In this document: positions 19,972 to 29,409 of the stretch, piece after piece
Position numbering within the stretch: the first letter of the stretch is position 1
Layout of the letters: every line of letters begins with the position of its first letter
Source: Candidatus Moraniibacteriota bacterium
GTDB taxonomy: Bacteria > Patescibacteriota > Minisyncoccia > Moranbacterales > GWC2-37-73
Reading direction: 5' to 3'
DNA: 64,000 nt
Assembly (NCBI GenBank): GCA_003507445.1
Contig: DNVR01000019.1
Coordinates: forward strand, 142,132-206,131
Translations under genes and position numbers: made by a program
The notes under the pieces: generated by a model
Database searches by the model: none
Seen by the model: only the letters and a program-made list of their open reading frames with translations
What the model was told of the DNA's origin: nothing

Positions 19972-21564
19972 ATGCTTGATGTAATTATAAAAAACGGGAC
20001 AATTGTTGATGGCTCTGGCAAGCCAATGTATCGCGGGGATGTGGGAATTCGCGAGGGGGTTATTACTGATATTGGAGACTTGCACAATGAGCACGCTGAA
20101 ATTGAAATTGATGCAACAAAGAAATATATAGCCCCTGGATTTATTGATGTTAATAATCATTCCGACACATATTGGCGAATTTTTATTGATCCTGCGCTTG
20201 AGAGCTTATTGTATCAGGGTGTTACTACTATTATTGGTGGAAATTGTGGATCATCGCTTGCGCCATTGGCTAATCATAGTGTTATAAAGTCAATTCAAAA
20301 ATGGACTGATATGAAAAATGTCAGTTTTAATTGGCTCAGTATGAAAGAATTTTTGGCTGAAGTTGAACAGAAAAAAATTGCTTTAAACTTTGCAACTCTG
20401 GTGGGACACGGAACGCTTCGAAGAGGTTTGGTCGGCGATGAAGTTCGCGATATTAGTCCAGCTGAAATGAAAGTGATGAAGAAAATGTTGACACAAGCAA
20501 TGAAAGAAGGCGCGCTTGGTTTTTCAACAGGGCTGGTTTATACTCACGCCAAATTGGCATCTTCTCGAGAAATTGCAGAATTGGCCGAGATTGTGAAAAA
20601 ATATAATGGTGTTTATACAACTCATATTCGCGGAGAAGCGCACGAACTTATTAGAGCGGTAGAAGAGGCAATTCGTGTTGCGCAGATTACAGGAGTCAGG
20701 CTTCAAATCTCACATCTCAAAGTTATGGGAAAGAAAAATTGGCCACTTATGGAAGAAGCTTTGAATTTGATTGAAACAGCTCGTACCAGTGGAATTGATG
20801 TTCACTTTGATGTATACCCATACACATCAACAGGCAGCGTTTTGTATATTTTGCTTCCTGATTGGGTCACGGAGGGTGGTCGCAATATGATGCTTTCGCG
20901 ACTTAAGGATTCAGAAATTCGAAAACGTGTTATCAAAGAAATGAAAGCAAGCGAATATGACTATTCTAAAATAACTATTTCGATTTCAGCTTTGGACAAA
21001 GCGCTTAATCGTAAAAAAATTACTGAAATTGCTGAGGCTCAAGGAAAAAGCGTTGAAGACACAATTATCGATGTTCTTATTGCTAGTGAGGGTCGAGTGG
21101 TAACGATGATGGAGGTGCTTAGCGGAAAAAATGTGGATAAGGGGGTTATAAATCCTTTTTCAATTGTTTCATCAAATGGTTCTGGATATGATATTAAACA
21201 TAGAGAAACTGGTGAAGTTGTGCATCCTCGAAACTTCGGTTCATTCCCGAGAGTGCTTGCTGATTATGTTCGAGAAAGAGGTGTTGTAGGTTGGGAAGAG
21301 GCTATTCGAAAAATGTCAGGATTGCCTGCAGAAAAATTTAATATTGAAAAACGAGGCATTCTTGCAGAAGGAAATTTTGCTGATGTGGTCGTTTTTGATC
21401 CAAAAAAGATTCAAGATCTTGCCACAATTGAAAATCCATATCAATATTCACAAGGCATTGACTGGGTGCTTGTTAATGGGCGTCCTGCAATTAAAAATGG
21501 GAAAATCTTGGAAGAGCGCTCAGGCGTTGTGCTTCGCAGAAAATCATCATTGTTTGAGTTTTAA
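19972..21564 (+). CDS. Amidohydrolase-family N-acyl-D-amino-acid deacylase (D-aminoacylase-like)
   Basis: MLDVIIKNGTIVDGSG...GFIDVNNHSD is the metal-binding amidohydrolase N-terminus. TATAAT box at 19930 supports the ATG at 19972. Confidence 0.7.
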   Translation: MLDVIIKNGTIVDGSGKPMYRGDVGIREGVITDIGDLHNEHAEIEIDATKKYIAPGFIDVNNHSDTYWRIFIDPALESLLYQGVTTIIGGNCGSSLAPLANHSVIKSIQKWTDMKNVSFNWLSMKEFLAEVEQKKIALNFATLVGHGTLRRGLVGDEVRDISPAEMKVMKKMLTQAMKEGALGFSTGLVYTHAKLASSREIAELAEIVKKYNGVYTTHIRGEAHELIRAVEEAIRVAQITGVRLQISHLKVMGKKNWPLMEEALNLIETARTSGIDVHFDVYPYTSTGSVLYILLPDWVTEGGRNMMLSRLKDSEIRKRVIKEMKASEYDYSKITISISALDKALNRKKITEIAEAQGKSVEDTIIDVLIASEGRVVTMMEVLSGKNVDKGVINPFSIVSSNGSGYDIKHRETGEVVHPRNFGSFPRVLADYVRERGVVGWEEAIRKMSGLPAEKFNIEKRGILAEGNFADVVVFDPKKIQDLATIENPYQYSQGIDWVLVNGRPAIKNGKILEERSGVVLRRKSSLFEF

Positions 21565-21670
21565 AAACAATATACAAAACATAATATACAAAATTCAGTA
21601 AGTAGGGTGTTGCTTTACTTCGTTTATTTTTTGGTGTATATTGACTTTTTACTATTGATTATTGAACATT

Positions 21671-23068
21671 ATGGATCTATCTTATTTCAAGAACAAGAAA
21701 ATAACAGTGATGGGCATTGGGCTCCACGGTGGCGGAGTTGGCACGGTGAAATTTTTGGTTGCGCAAGGGGCAAAGGTAATCGCAACTGATTTGCGAACAA
21801 AAGAGCAGCTTAGTGCATCATTAGAAAAACTCAAGGGGCTTAAAAATGTGGAATATGTTTTGGGTCATCATCGGATGGAAGATTTTTCCAAAGTTGATAT
21901 GGTAATCAAAAACCCAGCTGCGAAGTGGTCAGATAAGCATATTAAATTTGCTCTTGAAAATAAAGTTCCGGTTGAAATGGATTCCAGTCTTTTTTTTAAG
22001 ATTTGCAAAAACAAAATAATTGGAGTAACTGGTACCAAGGGAAAAACTACTACTGCCACTCTTATATATGAAATTTTAAAAACAGTAGGAAAAAATCCGA
22101 TAAAAATTGGTATCGGACAAGTTTCAGTGTTGGATAAATTGCTGCTGCTAAAGAAAGATTCAGTGGTGGTTTTCGAACTTTCATCTTGGCGTCTTTCTGC
22201 GTTGGGTCGGGCAAAACTTAGCCCGCACATTGCCGTGTTTAAAAATATTATGCCGGATCATTTGAATTATTATGGAACGATGGAAAAATATTTTCAGGAT
22301 AAAAAATATATTTTCACAAATCAAAAACCCAAGGATTGGTTGGTTGTGAATAATGATGATGAACTTCTCAAGGAGGCAACTAAGGATGTTCCTGCGCAAG
22401 TTGTGCGTTTTTCATACGAGCCTCTTAAGCGTAGCCGAGCGGTGTTTATCGAAGACGAGGCAATATATCTCAACAATGGAATTGATGTTAAAAAACTTAC
22501 TGCAATTAAGGACGTGCTTATTCCAGGTAGGCATAATCTTTCTAATGTGATGGCTGCAATTGGAGCTGTCTATGCGTTGGGATTAAGTGCAATAGAAATC
22601 AAAAAGGCTCTGCCGCAATTGAAAGGCGTTGCTCATCGATTGGAATTTGTGCGCGAGCTTGGAGGCGTGAAATATTACAACGACACCGCGGCAACAATTC
22701 CAGATGCGGCTATTTCTGGTCTTAATGCTTTTGAAAAACCAATTGTTTTGATTGCGGGTGGAACGGATAAAAATTTAGACTTTACTGAGTTTGCAAAAGA
22801 AATTTTAGAAAAAGCAAAAGATATTATTTTATTGAAAGGTAATGCAACAGAAAAAATTCTTGAAAAACTTGGAAAAATTGCTAGTGAGGAATTTTTGCGC
22901 AATATTGAAATTGTCAGTTCGATGGAGGAGGCGACTGCGCTGGCTCAAAAAAAAGCCGAGCAAGGCGACGTTGTTTTGCTTTCACCAGGGGCTGCCAGCT
23001 TCGGACTTTTTGCCAATGAATTTGATCGCGGGGATAAATTTCGAGACGCGGTTAAAAAATTGAAGTAA
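21671..23068 (+). CDS. murD: UDP-N-acetylmuramoylalanine--D-glutamate ligase
   Basis: KKITVMGIGLHGGGVGTVKFL...GVTGTKGKTTT are the Mur ligase ATP-binding motifs. Confidence 0.85.
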   Translation: MDLSYFKNKKITVMGIGLHGGGVGTVKFLVAQGAKVIATDLRTKEQLSASLEKLKGLKNVEYVLGHHRMEDFSKVDMVIKNPAAKWSDKHIKFALENKVPVEMDSSLFFKICKNKIIGVTGTKGKTTTATLIYEILKTVGKNPIKIGIGQVSVLDKLLLLKKDSVVVFELSSWRLSALGRAKLSPHIAVFKNIMPDHLNYYGTMEKYFQDKKYIFTNQKPKDWLVVNNDDELLKEATKDVPAQVVRFSYEPLKRSRAVFIEDEAIYLNNGIDVKKLTAIKDVLIPGRHNLSNVMAAIGAVYALGLSAIEIKKALPQLKGVAHRLEFVRELGGVKYYNDTAATIPDAAISGLNAFEKPIVLIAGGTDKNLDFTEFAKEILEKAKDIILLKGNATEKILEKLGKIASEEFLRNIEIVSSMEEATALAQKKAEQGDVVLLSPGAASFGLFANEFDRGDKFRDAVKKLK

Positions 23069-23121
23069 AATTATTAAGCAAAAGAAGTGCAAAATAGATA
23101 GTGCTTAATTTATGGTTTTAG

Positions 23122-23255
23122 GTCTCAATAGATTGGTGCATTTTTGTTTTGCCTGCTTCCTTTCTCGGCACGCTTCGCAATCGAAGAACTATGATTGCTC
23201 GCTAAGAGTTCGCTGTCGCTCTCTGTTGCCTCGAAAGAAAACAGGCAAAACAAAA
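23122..23255. repeat. Invertible-element copy A: IR ttttgttttgcctg / caggcaaaacaaaa flanking a ~86-bp core
   Basis: Core sequence is the reverse complement of the core at 53381-53466, while the flanks (including 20 bp left of the IR) are co-oriented. Confidence 0.7.
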
Positions 23256-23405
23256 AACAAACCTTCATTTTCAAAATCATAGTTTGATTATGAGTCACAA
23301 AAGGACGCTTAGAATAGAGCGTCTTTTTACTTGAAAAAAAACCTGAGACCTGTATAATTAGTTTGTAGTTAAGTAGGACTTAATTTAGGCTTAAAATAGA
23401 CAAAT

Positions 23406-24671
23406 ATGACTGAATATTTTGAAATACAAGGTGGTAAAACACTTTCAGGAACAATAGATGTTAGGGGGTCAAAAAATGCGACCACGCCTATTTTGGCTGC
23501 CACGCTTTTGACTGATCAAGAGTGTGTTATTTCTAATATACCGCTTATTGAAGATGTGTATCGAATGCTGGAAATCTTGGAAAGTATGAATGTAACTGTT
23601 GTTTGGGAAGGCGAGCGAACAGTGAGAATTTGCGCCAAGGATCTTGAAAGTGAAAAAATAGATTTACAAATTGTGAAAAAACTCCGTTCATCAATTTTGT
23701 TGCTGGGTAGTTTGAGTGCGCGCGCTGACAAATTTAGAATTGCTCATCCCGGTGGTTGCACGATTGGCAAGCGTCCTGTCGGAACACATTTTGACGCGCT
23801 GGAAAAAATGGGTGTAAGCATAACGCAAGATGAAAATTGCTATATTGTTGATGCCAGCTCTCGAAAGGCGGGTAATGTAGTGTTGCGAGAATTTTCAGTT
23901 ACAGCCACAGAAAATGCAATGATGCTGGCTGCGTCACTTCCTGGAAAAACAATCATAAAAATTGCAGCCGCTGAACCTCACGTGGAAGATCTTGGAAGAT
24001 TTTTGATTTCAATGGGAGCGAAAATAACAGGACTTGGAACGCATACATTGGAAATTGTTGGAAATGAAAAACTTTCTGGCGCTGAGCATAAAATAATTCC
24101 TGATGCCAATGAAGCTGCAACGTTTTTGATTATGGGTGTGGCAACCAAAAGTCCGATTACAGTTAATAATGCACGGGAAGAAAATTTGGATATTGTTTTG
24201 GAAAGACTAAGACAATTTGGAGCAGCTTTTGAAATTAAGGAAAATTCAATCACGGTCATTCCACAAGAAAAATTATTTGCGATTGAGAAGATTGACACTC
24301 GCACATATCCCGGAGTGCCTTCTGATGTGCAGCAACCACTTGGGGTTTTGGCGACGCAAGCTGAAGGTGAAACGATGATTTTCGACACAATTTTTGAGGG
24401 ACGGTTTAATTACCTGAGCGAGCTGGAAAAAATGGGAGCGCATTCTAAGATTCTGAATCCTCATCAGGCTGTCATTACTGGACCAGTTCAGCTGAAAGGC
24501 AGTTCAATCAAAAGTTTTGACCTTCGCGCCGGAGCATCGCTTATTATTGCAGCGCTTTGTGCCAAAGGAACCACAACTATTGATGAAATTTATCAAGTTG
24601 ACCGTGGATATGAAAGGATTGAAGAAAGATTGCAAAAATTGGGAGCTGATATTAAAAGGATTAGTAAATAG
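23406..24671 (+). CDS. murA: UDP-N-acetylglucosamine 1-carboxyvinyltransferase
   Basis: MTEYFEIQGGKTLSGTIDVRGSKNAT is the MurA N-terminus. Length 421 aa. Confidence 0.9.
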   Translation: MTEYFEIQGGKTLSGTIDVRGSKNATTPILAATLLTDQECVISNIPLIEDVYRMLEILESMNVTVVWEGERTVRICAKDLESEKIDLQIVKKLRSSILLLGSLSARADKFRIAHPGGCTIGKRPVGTHFDALEKMGVSITQDENCYIVDASSRKAGNVVLREFSVTATENAMMLAASLPGKTIIKIAAAEPHVEDLGRFLISMGAKITGLGTHTLEIVGNEKLSGAEHKIIPDANEAATFLIMGVATKSPITVNNAREENLDIVLERLRQFGAAFEIKENSITVIPQEKLFAIEKIDTRTYPGVPSDVQQPLGVLATQAEGETMIFDTIFEGRFNYLSELEKMGAHSKILNPHQAVITGPVQLKGSSIKSFDLRAGASLIIAALCAKGTTTIDEIYQVDRGYERIEERLQKLGADIKRISK

Positions 24672-24801
24672 TTTTGTTTTCGCGTGTTAATCGTTCGCAT
24701 ACATTTTTATTTTTGTCACGGAGAAATAATTGCAACTTTTGACATAACGCAAATGTGACTTATTTCTAGTGAAAAAATAAAAAGTATGCTCACTCATATT
24801 T

Positions 24802-25248
24802 ATGGAAAAAGAATTTAAAGCTGGAAAACATTATATTGGAGTTGGTGGGGGTGTTTTGATTTTCAATAAGAAGAAAGAAATCTTATTGATGAAGCGTGGA
24901 AAAAATGCGAAAAATGAGGCTGGATGGTGGTCAAAACCAGGTGGAACAATTGAATACGGAGAAAAGGCTATCGCAATGGCAAAAAGAGAAATTAAAGAAG
25001 AACTAGGCATAGAAATAGATATCTGGGGACAACTTCCACATACAGACCATATCATTAAAAAAGAAGGGCAGCATTGGATTGCAATTAATTTTTTGGCGAA
25101 TTTGAAAAAAGGTGAACCAGAAAATATGGAACCACATAAATGTGATAAACTAAAATGGTTTTCATTGGATAATCTGCCTAAGAAAATTGTTAAAAATACA
25201 AAAGAAGGAATTGTGTATTACAAAGAAAAAAAATATATAAAATTATAA
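24802..25248 (+). CDS. Nudix hydrolase
   Basis: GGTIEYGEKAIAMAKREIKEELGI is a Nudix box. Confidence 0.7.
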   Translation: MEKEFKAGKHYIGVGGGVLIFNKKKEILLMKRGKNAKNEAGWWSKPGGTIEYGEKAIAMAKREIKEELGIEIDIWGQLPHTDHIIKKEGQHWIAINFLANLKKGEPENMEPHKCDKLKWFSLDNLPKKIVKNTKEGIVYYKEKKYIKL

Positions 25249-25253
25249 ATCCT

Positions 25254-25580
25254 ATGGAAAAATTTTATAATGCGATTGCGGAATTTCATAAGAAAAATGA
25301 AATGAAGGGCACGAATAATGAGGATATGCAATTTCGTTTAAATTTGATGACGGAGGAATTAGGAGAATTGGCGCAGGCTGTGACGAAAGGAAAATCTAAA
25401 GAGGAGTTTTTGGAAGAGAATGTGGATCTGGTTGTTCTTATTTTGGGTAATTTGATTAGTACTGGAATTACGGTCGAAGAATTTGAGCAGGCGTTTTGGA
25501 AAAAGCATACAAAAATAATGAGCAGGGAAAAAAGAAAATTGGAAAACGGAAATTTTAGAGTGTCAGATTTTAAGGAGTAA
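25254..25580 (+). CDS. MazG-like nucleotide pyrophosphohydrolase (all-alpha NTP-PPase)
   Basis: LMTEELGELAQAV...EELVDLVVLIL EExxE-like MazG motif pattern. Length 108 aa. Confidence 0.5.
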   Translation: MEKFYNAIAEFHKKNEMKGTNNEDMQFRLNLMTEELGELAQAVTKGKSKEEFLEENVDLVVLILGNLISTGITVEEFEQAFWKKHTKIMSREKRKLENGNFRVSDFKE

Positions 25581-25584
25581 AGTG

Positions 25585-25677
25585 TTTGTCATTCTGAACT
25601 TGTTTCATAATCTACTTTCTTTGTATCAGTGAACTTTGAGATAATCGAGATCTTGAAATAAATTCAGGATGACAAAG
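25585..25677. mobile_element. MITE-like element, TIR tttgtcattctgaa / ttcaggatgacaaa
   Basis: 14-bp terminal inverted repeats with one mismatch. Same termini family as 33207, 50108 and 55370. Confidence 0.55.
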
Positions 25678-25742
25678 TTGTGTTTTGAAATTGAGTCATT
25701 GGAAATTGTTTAGAAATTAGTAATTAGAAATTTTTTATACTT

Positions 25743-26750
25743 ATGTTTATACGAAGAATTGGAATAGATTTAGGCACAGCAAACACCTTGGTTTTTATAC
25801 CTGGAAAAGGCATTGTGGTGAATGAGCCATCGGTGGTGGCAGTTTCTCCGATTGAAAATATTGTTTTAGCAGTGGGAAATCAAGCTCGCGAAATGCTTGG
25901 ACGCACACCGGACAACATTGTGGCATCTCGTCCAATGAAGGATGGCGTGATTGCAGATTATCGCGTGACGGAAGCAATGCTAAAATATTTTATTAATAAA
26001 GTGACTGGCAAAGTTCGCATTTTTAAACCTGAGATTATGATCTCAATTCCGGCAGGCGTAACCTCGACTGAACGTCGCGCCGTGATTGATGCGGCTGTGA
26101 AGGCTGGAGCAAAATCAGCGTATGTTGTGAAGGAGCCGCTCTTGGCTGCTATTGGTGCTGGAATTCCGATTCACAACGCCTCTGGTAATATGATTATTAA
26201 CATTGGTGGTGGTACATCTGAAATTGCGGTAATTTCGTTGGGCGGCGTTGTGGCAGCGCACAGTGCACGCGTGGGAGGCAATAAATTCGATCAAGCTATT
26301 TCTGATTATATCAAAAGAAAATATGGTTTGGCAGTTGGTGACAGAACAGCTGAGGATATTAAAAAAGAAATTGGATCTGCAATTGCGCAAGTTAAAGAAG
26401 AACATATGGAAGTGCGCGGACGCGACTTGATGGGTGGATTGCCAAAAACAATTAAAATTTCTTCCAATGAAGTAACCGAGGCTTTGCAAGATGAACTCAG
26501 AGAAGTGATTAATGCCATTAAAAAAGTTTTTCAAGAAACTCCTCCGGAACTGGCTGCTGATATTATGGACAAGGGGATGATCCTTTCGGGTGGTGGAGCG
26601 TTGCTTCGTAATCTTGATCAGTTGATCACGAAAACGATTGGTGTGCCGTGTTATGTGGCTGATGACCCATTGTTCTGTGTGATCAAAGGAATTGGAATCG
26701 CACTTGATAATCTTGAGGTTTATAAGAGGACAATTACTTTATCAAAATAG
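25743..26750 (+). CDS. mreB: Rod shape-determining protein MreB
   Basis: IGIDLGTANTLVF actin-fold phosphate-1 motif; 335 aa. Confidence 0.9.
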   Translation: MFIRRIGIDLGTANTLVFIPGKGIVVNEPSVVAVSPIENIVLAVGNQAREMLGRTPDNIVASRPMKDGVIADYRVTEAMLKYFINKVTGKVRIFKPEIMISIPAGVTSTERRAVIDAAVKAGAKSAYVVKEPLLAAIGAGIPIHNASGNMIINIGGGTSEIAVISLGGVVAAHSARVGGNKFDQAISDYIKRKYGLAVGDRTAEDIKKEIGSAIAQVKEEHMEVRGRDLMGGLPKTIKISSNEVTEALQDELREVINAIKKVFQETPPELAADIMDKGMILSGGGALLRNLDQLITKTIGVPCYVADDPLFCVIKGIGIALDNLEVYKRTITLSK

Positions 26751-26763
26751 CTTCTCGTTTTTT

Positions 26764-26920
26764 CTCATTGAAGAATACAAATTTTTCTGCGAAATTAAAC
26801 TCGAGCTCTATATTTTTTTAGCTAAAATTTTTCGTGGTCACGCGAGTCCCGCGCAAGAAACAAAAAATTTTAGAAAAAATATAGGCTCTCAAACAGTAAT
26901 TTCTCGAAAAATTTGTATTC
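26764..26920. repeat. Nested palindromic intergenic element (outer 20-bp IR ttgaagaatacaaatttttc / gaaaaatttgtattcttcaa, inner 15-bp IR)
   Basis: Seen directly. GC-rich core cgtggtcacgcgagtcccgcgcaag. The ORF-track ORF 26692..26961 overlaps it and is probably spurious. Confidence 0.5.
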
Positions 26921-26944
26921 TTCAATTTCTAATATATTTATGTT

Positions 26945-28147
26945 ATGAAGATTGGAATTGATGCTTCCAGGGCTTTTATAAAAAACAGAACTGGTATTGA
27001 AGAATATTCATATCAAGTCATTGAAAACCTGCGTGATAAATTAAATAATCAGCAGGTTGTTTTATATGTTAAAAAAACTAACAACTTACAACTTACAACT
27101 TACGACGGAGTTGTTAAAATTAATGATTTGGAATTGCCAAAAAGTTGGCGAATAAAGGTCGTTAAATTTCCTAGATTTTGGACACAGCTGGGATTGTCTT
27201 GGGAAATGTTGCTGCGTCCCGTTGATGTCCTTTTTGTTCCTGCGCACACTGTGCCGATTATTCATCCTGAAAATACTGTGGTTGTGATTCACGGTTTGGA
27301 ATATGAATTTTGCCCAAAAGCATATTCTTCTTGGGAAAGAATGTATATGCGCGGAACAATTAAAAAATCTTGCGATTGGGCAAGCAGGATTATTTCTGTT
27401 TCTGAAAATACAAAGAAGGATTTGATGAATTTGTATAAAGTTGATGAGAAAAAAATATCTGTAATTTATGAAGGATATAGCCGCGAGGAGCGGAATTTCC
27501 AATTTCCAATTTCCAATTTCCAATCAAATCCAAATGATCAAATTTCAAAAATTAAAACATCAGAAATTCAATCGAAATTCGAAATTCGAAATTCGAAATT
27601 TCTTTTATTCATCGGTCGTATTGAGGAAAGAAAAAATATTTCCAACATTGTTAAGGCTTTTGAGCTTTTGAAAGAGAGATATAATATTCCGCACAAATTG
27701 GTACTAGCAGGAAAAGCAGGTTATGGCTACGATAATATTAAATTCGAAATTCGAAATTCGAAATTCGAAAATGATGTCGTGGAGCTGGGTTTTGTGAGTG
27801 AGGATGAAAAGTGGGAGCTTTTGAAAAAGGCGGATGTTTTTGTTTTCCCAACTCTGTATGAAGGATTTGGAATCCCAATTTTGGAAGCACAGAGTGTTGG
27901 TTGCTCCGTGGTGGCTTCAAATAATTCATCTATTCCCGAGGTAATCGGCGTAGAGACGCAAAATTTTGCGTCTCTACAGTTGGTTGACCCCCAAAATCCT
28001 CAAGACATCGCAGAAAGCATTTATAAGCTTATCTCGAACGAAAGCCTAAAAAATGCTATAATACAGAAAGGCTTGGAGAATGTGAAAAGGTTCAGTTGGG
28101 ACAAATGTGCACAGGAGATAGCTCAAATATTGTTAAAAAAGAATTAA
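26945..28147 (+). CDS. Glycosyltransferase family 4 (GT-B, RfaB-like)
   Basis: C-terminal GT1/GT4 motif (FVFPTLYEGFGIPILEAQSVGCSVVASN). Contains in-frame heptamer-repeat inserts (NFQFPISNFQ, FEIRNSKF x2). Confidence 0.75.
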   Translation: MKIGIDASRAFIKNRTGIEEYSYQVIENLRDKLNNQQVVLYVKKTNNLQLTTYDGVVKINDLELPKSWRIKVVKFPRFWTQLGLSWEMLLRPVDVLFVPAHTVPIIHPENTVVVIHGLEYEFCPKAYSSWERMYMRGTIKKSCDWASRIISVSENTKKDLMNLYKVDEKKISVIYEGYSREERNFQFPISNFQSNPNDQISKIKTSEIQSKFEIRNSKFLLFIGRIEERKNISNIVKAFELLKERYNIPHKLVLAGKAGYGYDNIKFEIRNSKFENDVVELGFVSEDEKWELLKKADVFVFPTLYEGFGIPILEAQSVGCSVVASNNSSIPEVIGVETQNFASLQLVDPQNPQDIAESIYKLISNESLKNAIIQKGLENVKRFSWDKCAQEIAQILLKKN

Positions 28148-28159
28148 GAATGACTTATT

Positions 28160-29293
28160 ATGAAGAAATTAAAAGTTGCAATTGTCCACGACTTTTTGGT
28201 GCAATGGGGTGGGGCTGAGCGAGTTTTAAAAGAGCTTTCGGATATGTATCCCGAGGCGCCTATTTTCACGTTATTGTATGACAAAGAAAAAATGAAAGGC
28301 TTGCTTGATGAGAGAGATATCAGGCCATCATATTTGCAAAAGTTTCCAACTTTTTTGAAAAAAAGATATCGTTTTCTGTTGCCGTTTTTTCCAGTAATTC
28401 CAGAAACATTTGATCTTCGAGAATATGATTTGGTTATTTCATCTTCTAGTGCTTGGAGCAAGGGGATTGTGACAAAATTAGACACCGTGCATATTGCATA
28501 TCTTCATTCTCCGATGCGTTTCGTTTGGGATTACAATGAAAGATATGTCAAAGAAACTGAGCACAGAAAGATGAATTTTTTGACGAGAATAGTTTTTAAT
28601 TATCTGCGTGTGTGGGACCGCTTGGCAGCAGACAGACCAGATTTTTTGATTGCAAATTCTGTTTATACTCAAAAGCGTATCGAAAAATATTATAGAAGGG
28701 AAAGTAGTGTGATATATCCACCGGTAAACATGGAGCATGGAGCATGGAGCATAGAGCATGAACCTAATACTGAATACCAAATACCAGATACCAAATACTT
28801 TCTCGTTGTTTCTAGATTATCTCCATATAAAAAAGTTGATTTGGTGGTGGAAGCCTTTAATAAGCTCGGACTTCCTTTGGTTGTTATTGGAGCTGGGGAG
28901 CAGGAAAAGTATTTAAGGAAAATTGCCAAAGAAAACGTGCATATTTTGGGTTGGCAAGAAGACTCTGTTGTTTCGCAATATTATCAAAATGCTGAGGCTT
29001 TTATTTTTCCGACGGAAGATGATTTTGGTATTGCGCCAGTGGAAGCGATGCTTGCTGGTGTGCCTGTGATTGCATATCGAAAAGGTGGCGCGCAAGAAAC
29101 GGTGCAAGAAGGAATTACTGGAGAATTTTTTGATGCCCAAACAACTGAGGTTCTTGCTGATGGAGTGAGAAGGTTTTTAGATAATAAGGATAAATATGAC
29201 AAGGATTTGATTAAAAAGCGAGCGCAAGAGTTTTCGAGAGAAAGATTTAGACGTGAGTTTGGGGAATATGTTAAAAAGATAATTTCAAATTAA
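28160..29293 (+). CDS. Glycosyltransferase family 4
   Basis: IAPVEAMLAGVPVIAYRKGGAQETV is a GT4 EX7E-type motif. In-frame repeat insert NMEHGAWSIEHEPNTEYQIPDTKY. Confidence 0.8.
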   Translation: MKKLKVAIVHDFLVQWGGAERVLKELSDMYPEAPIFTLLYDKEKMKGLLDERDIRPSYLQKFPTFLKKRYRFLLPFFPVIPETFDLREYDLVISSSSAWSKGIVTKLDTVHIAYLHSPMRFVWDYNERYVKETEHRKMNFLTRIVFNYLRVWDRLAADRPDFLIANSVYTQKRIEKYYRRESSVIYPPVNMEHGAWSIEHEPNTEYQIPDTKYFLVVSRLSPYKKVDLVVEAFNKLGLPLVVIGAGEQEKYLRKIAKENVHILGWQEDSVVSQYYQNAEAFIFPTEDDFGIAPVEAMLAGVPVIAYRKGGAQETVQEGITGEFFDAQTTEVLADGVRRFLDNKDKYDKDLIKKRAQEFSRERFRREFGEYVKKIISN

Positions 29294-29409
29294 AAATGCC
29301 AAATATCAAATGAATGATTTAATTTCAAAATTAAAAATTATTTTTTAGTCATTTGGATTTTGTAATTTATTTGAAATTTTTAATTTGGAATTTGTTATTT
29401 TTTTATACT

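Noticed and set aside
21662-21670. ORF-track TTG/GTG-extended starts (murD 21662, amidohydrolase 19936, gatB 2781, hypothetical 5364)
   Set aside because: Downstream ATGs with better spacing to promoter or SD elements, and agreement with conserved N-termini, are preferred. The extensions overlap upstream genes or regulatory sequence.
26692-26961. 89-aa ORF between mreB and GT4
   Set aside because: It overlaps a nested palindromic element and the terminator/promoter region. It has low-complexity composition and no SD, so it is probably spurious.
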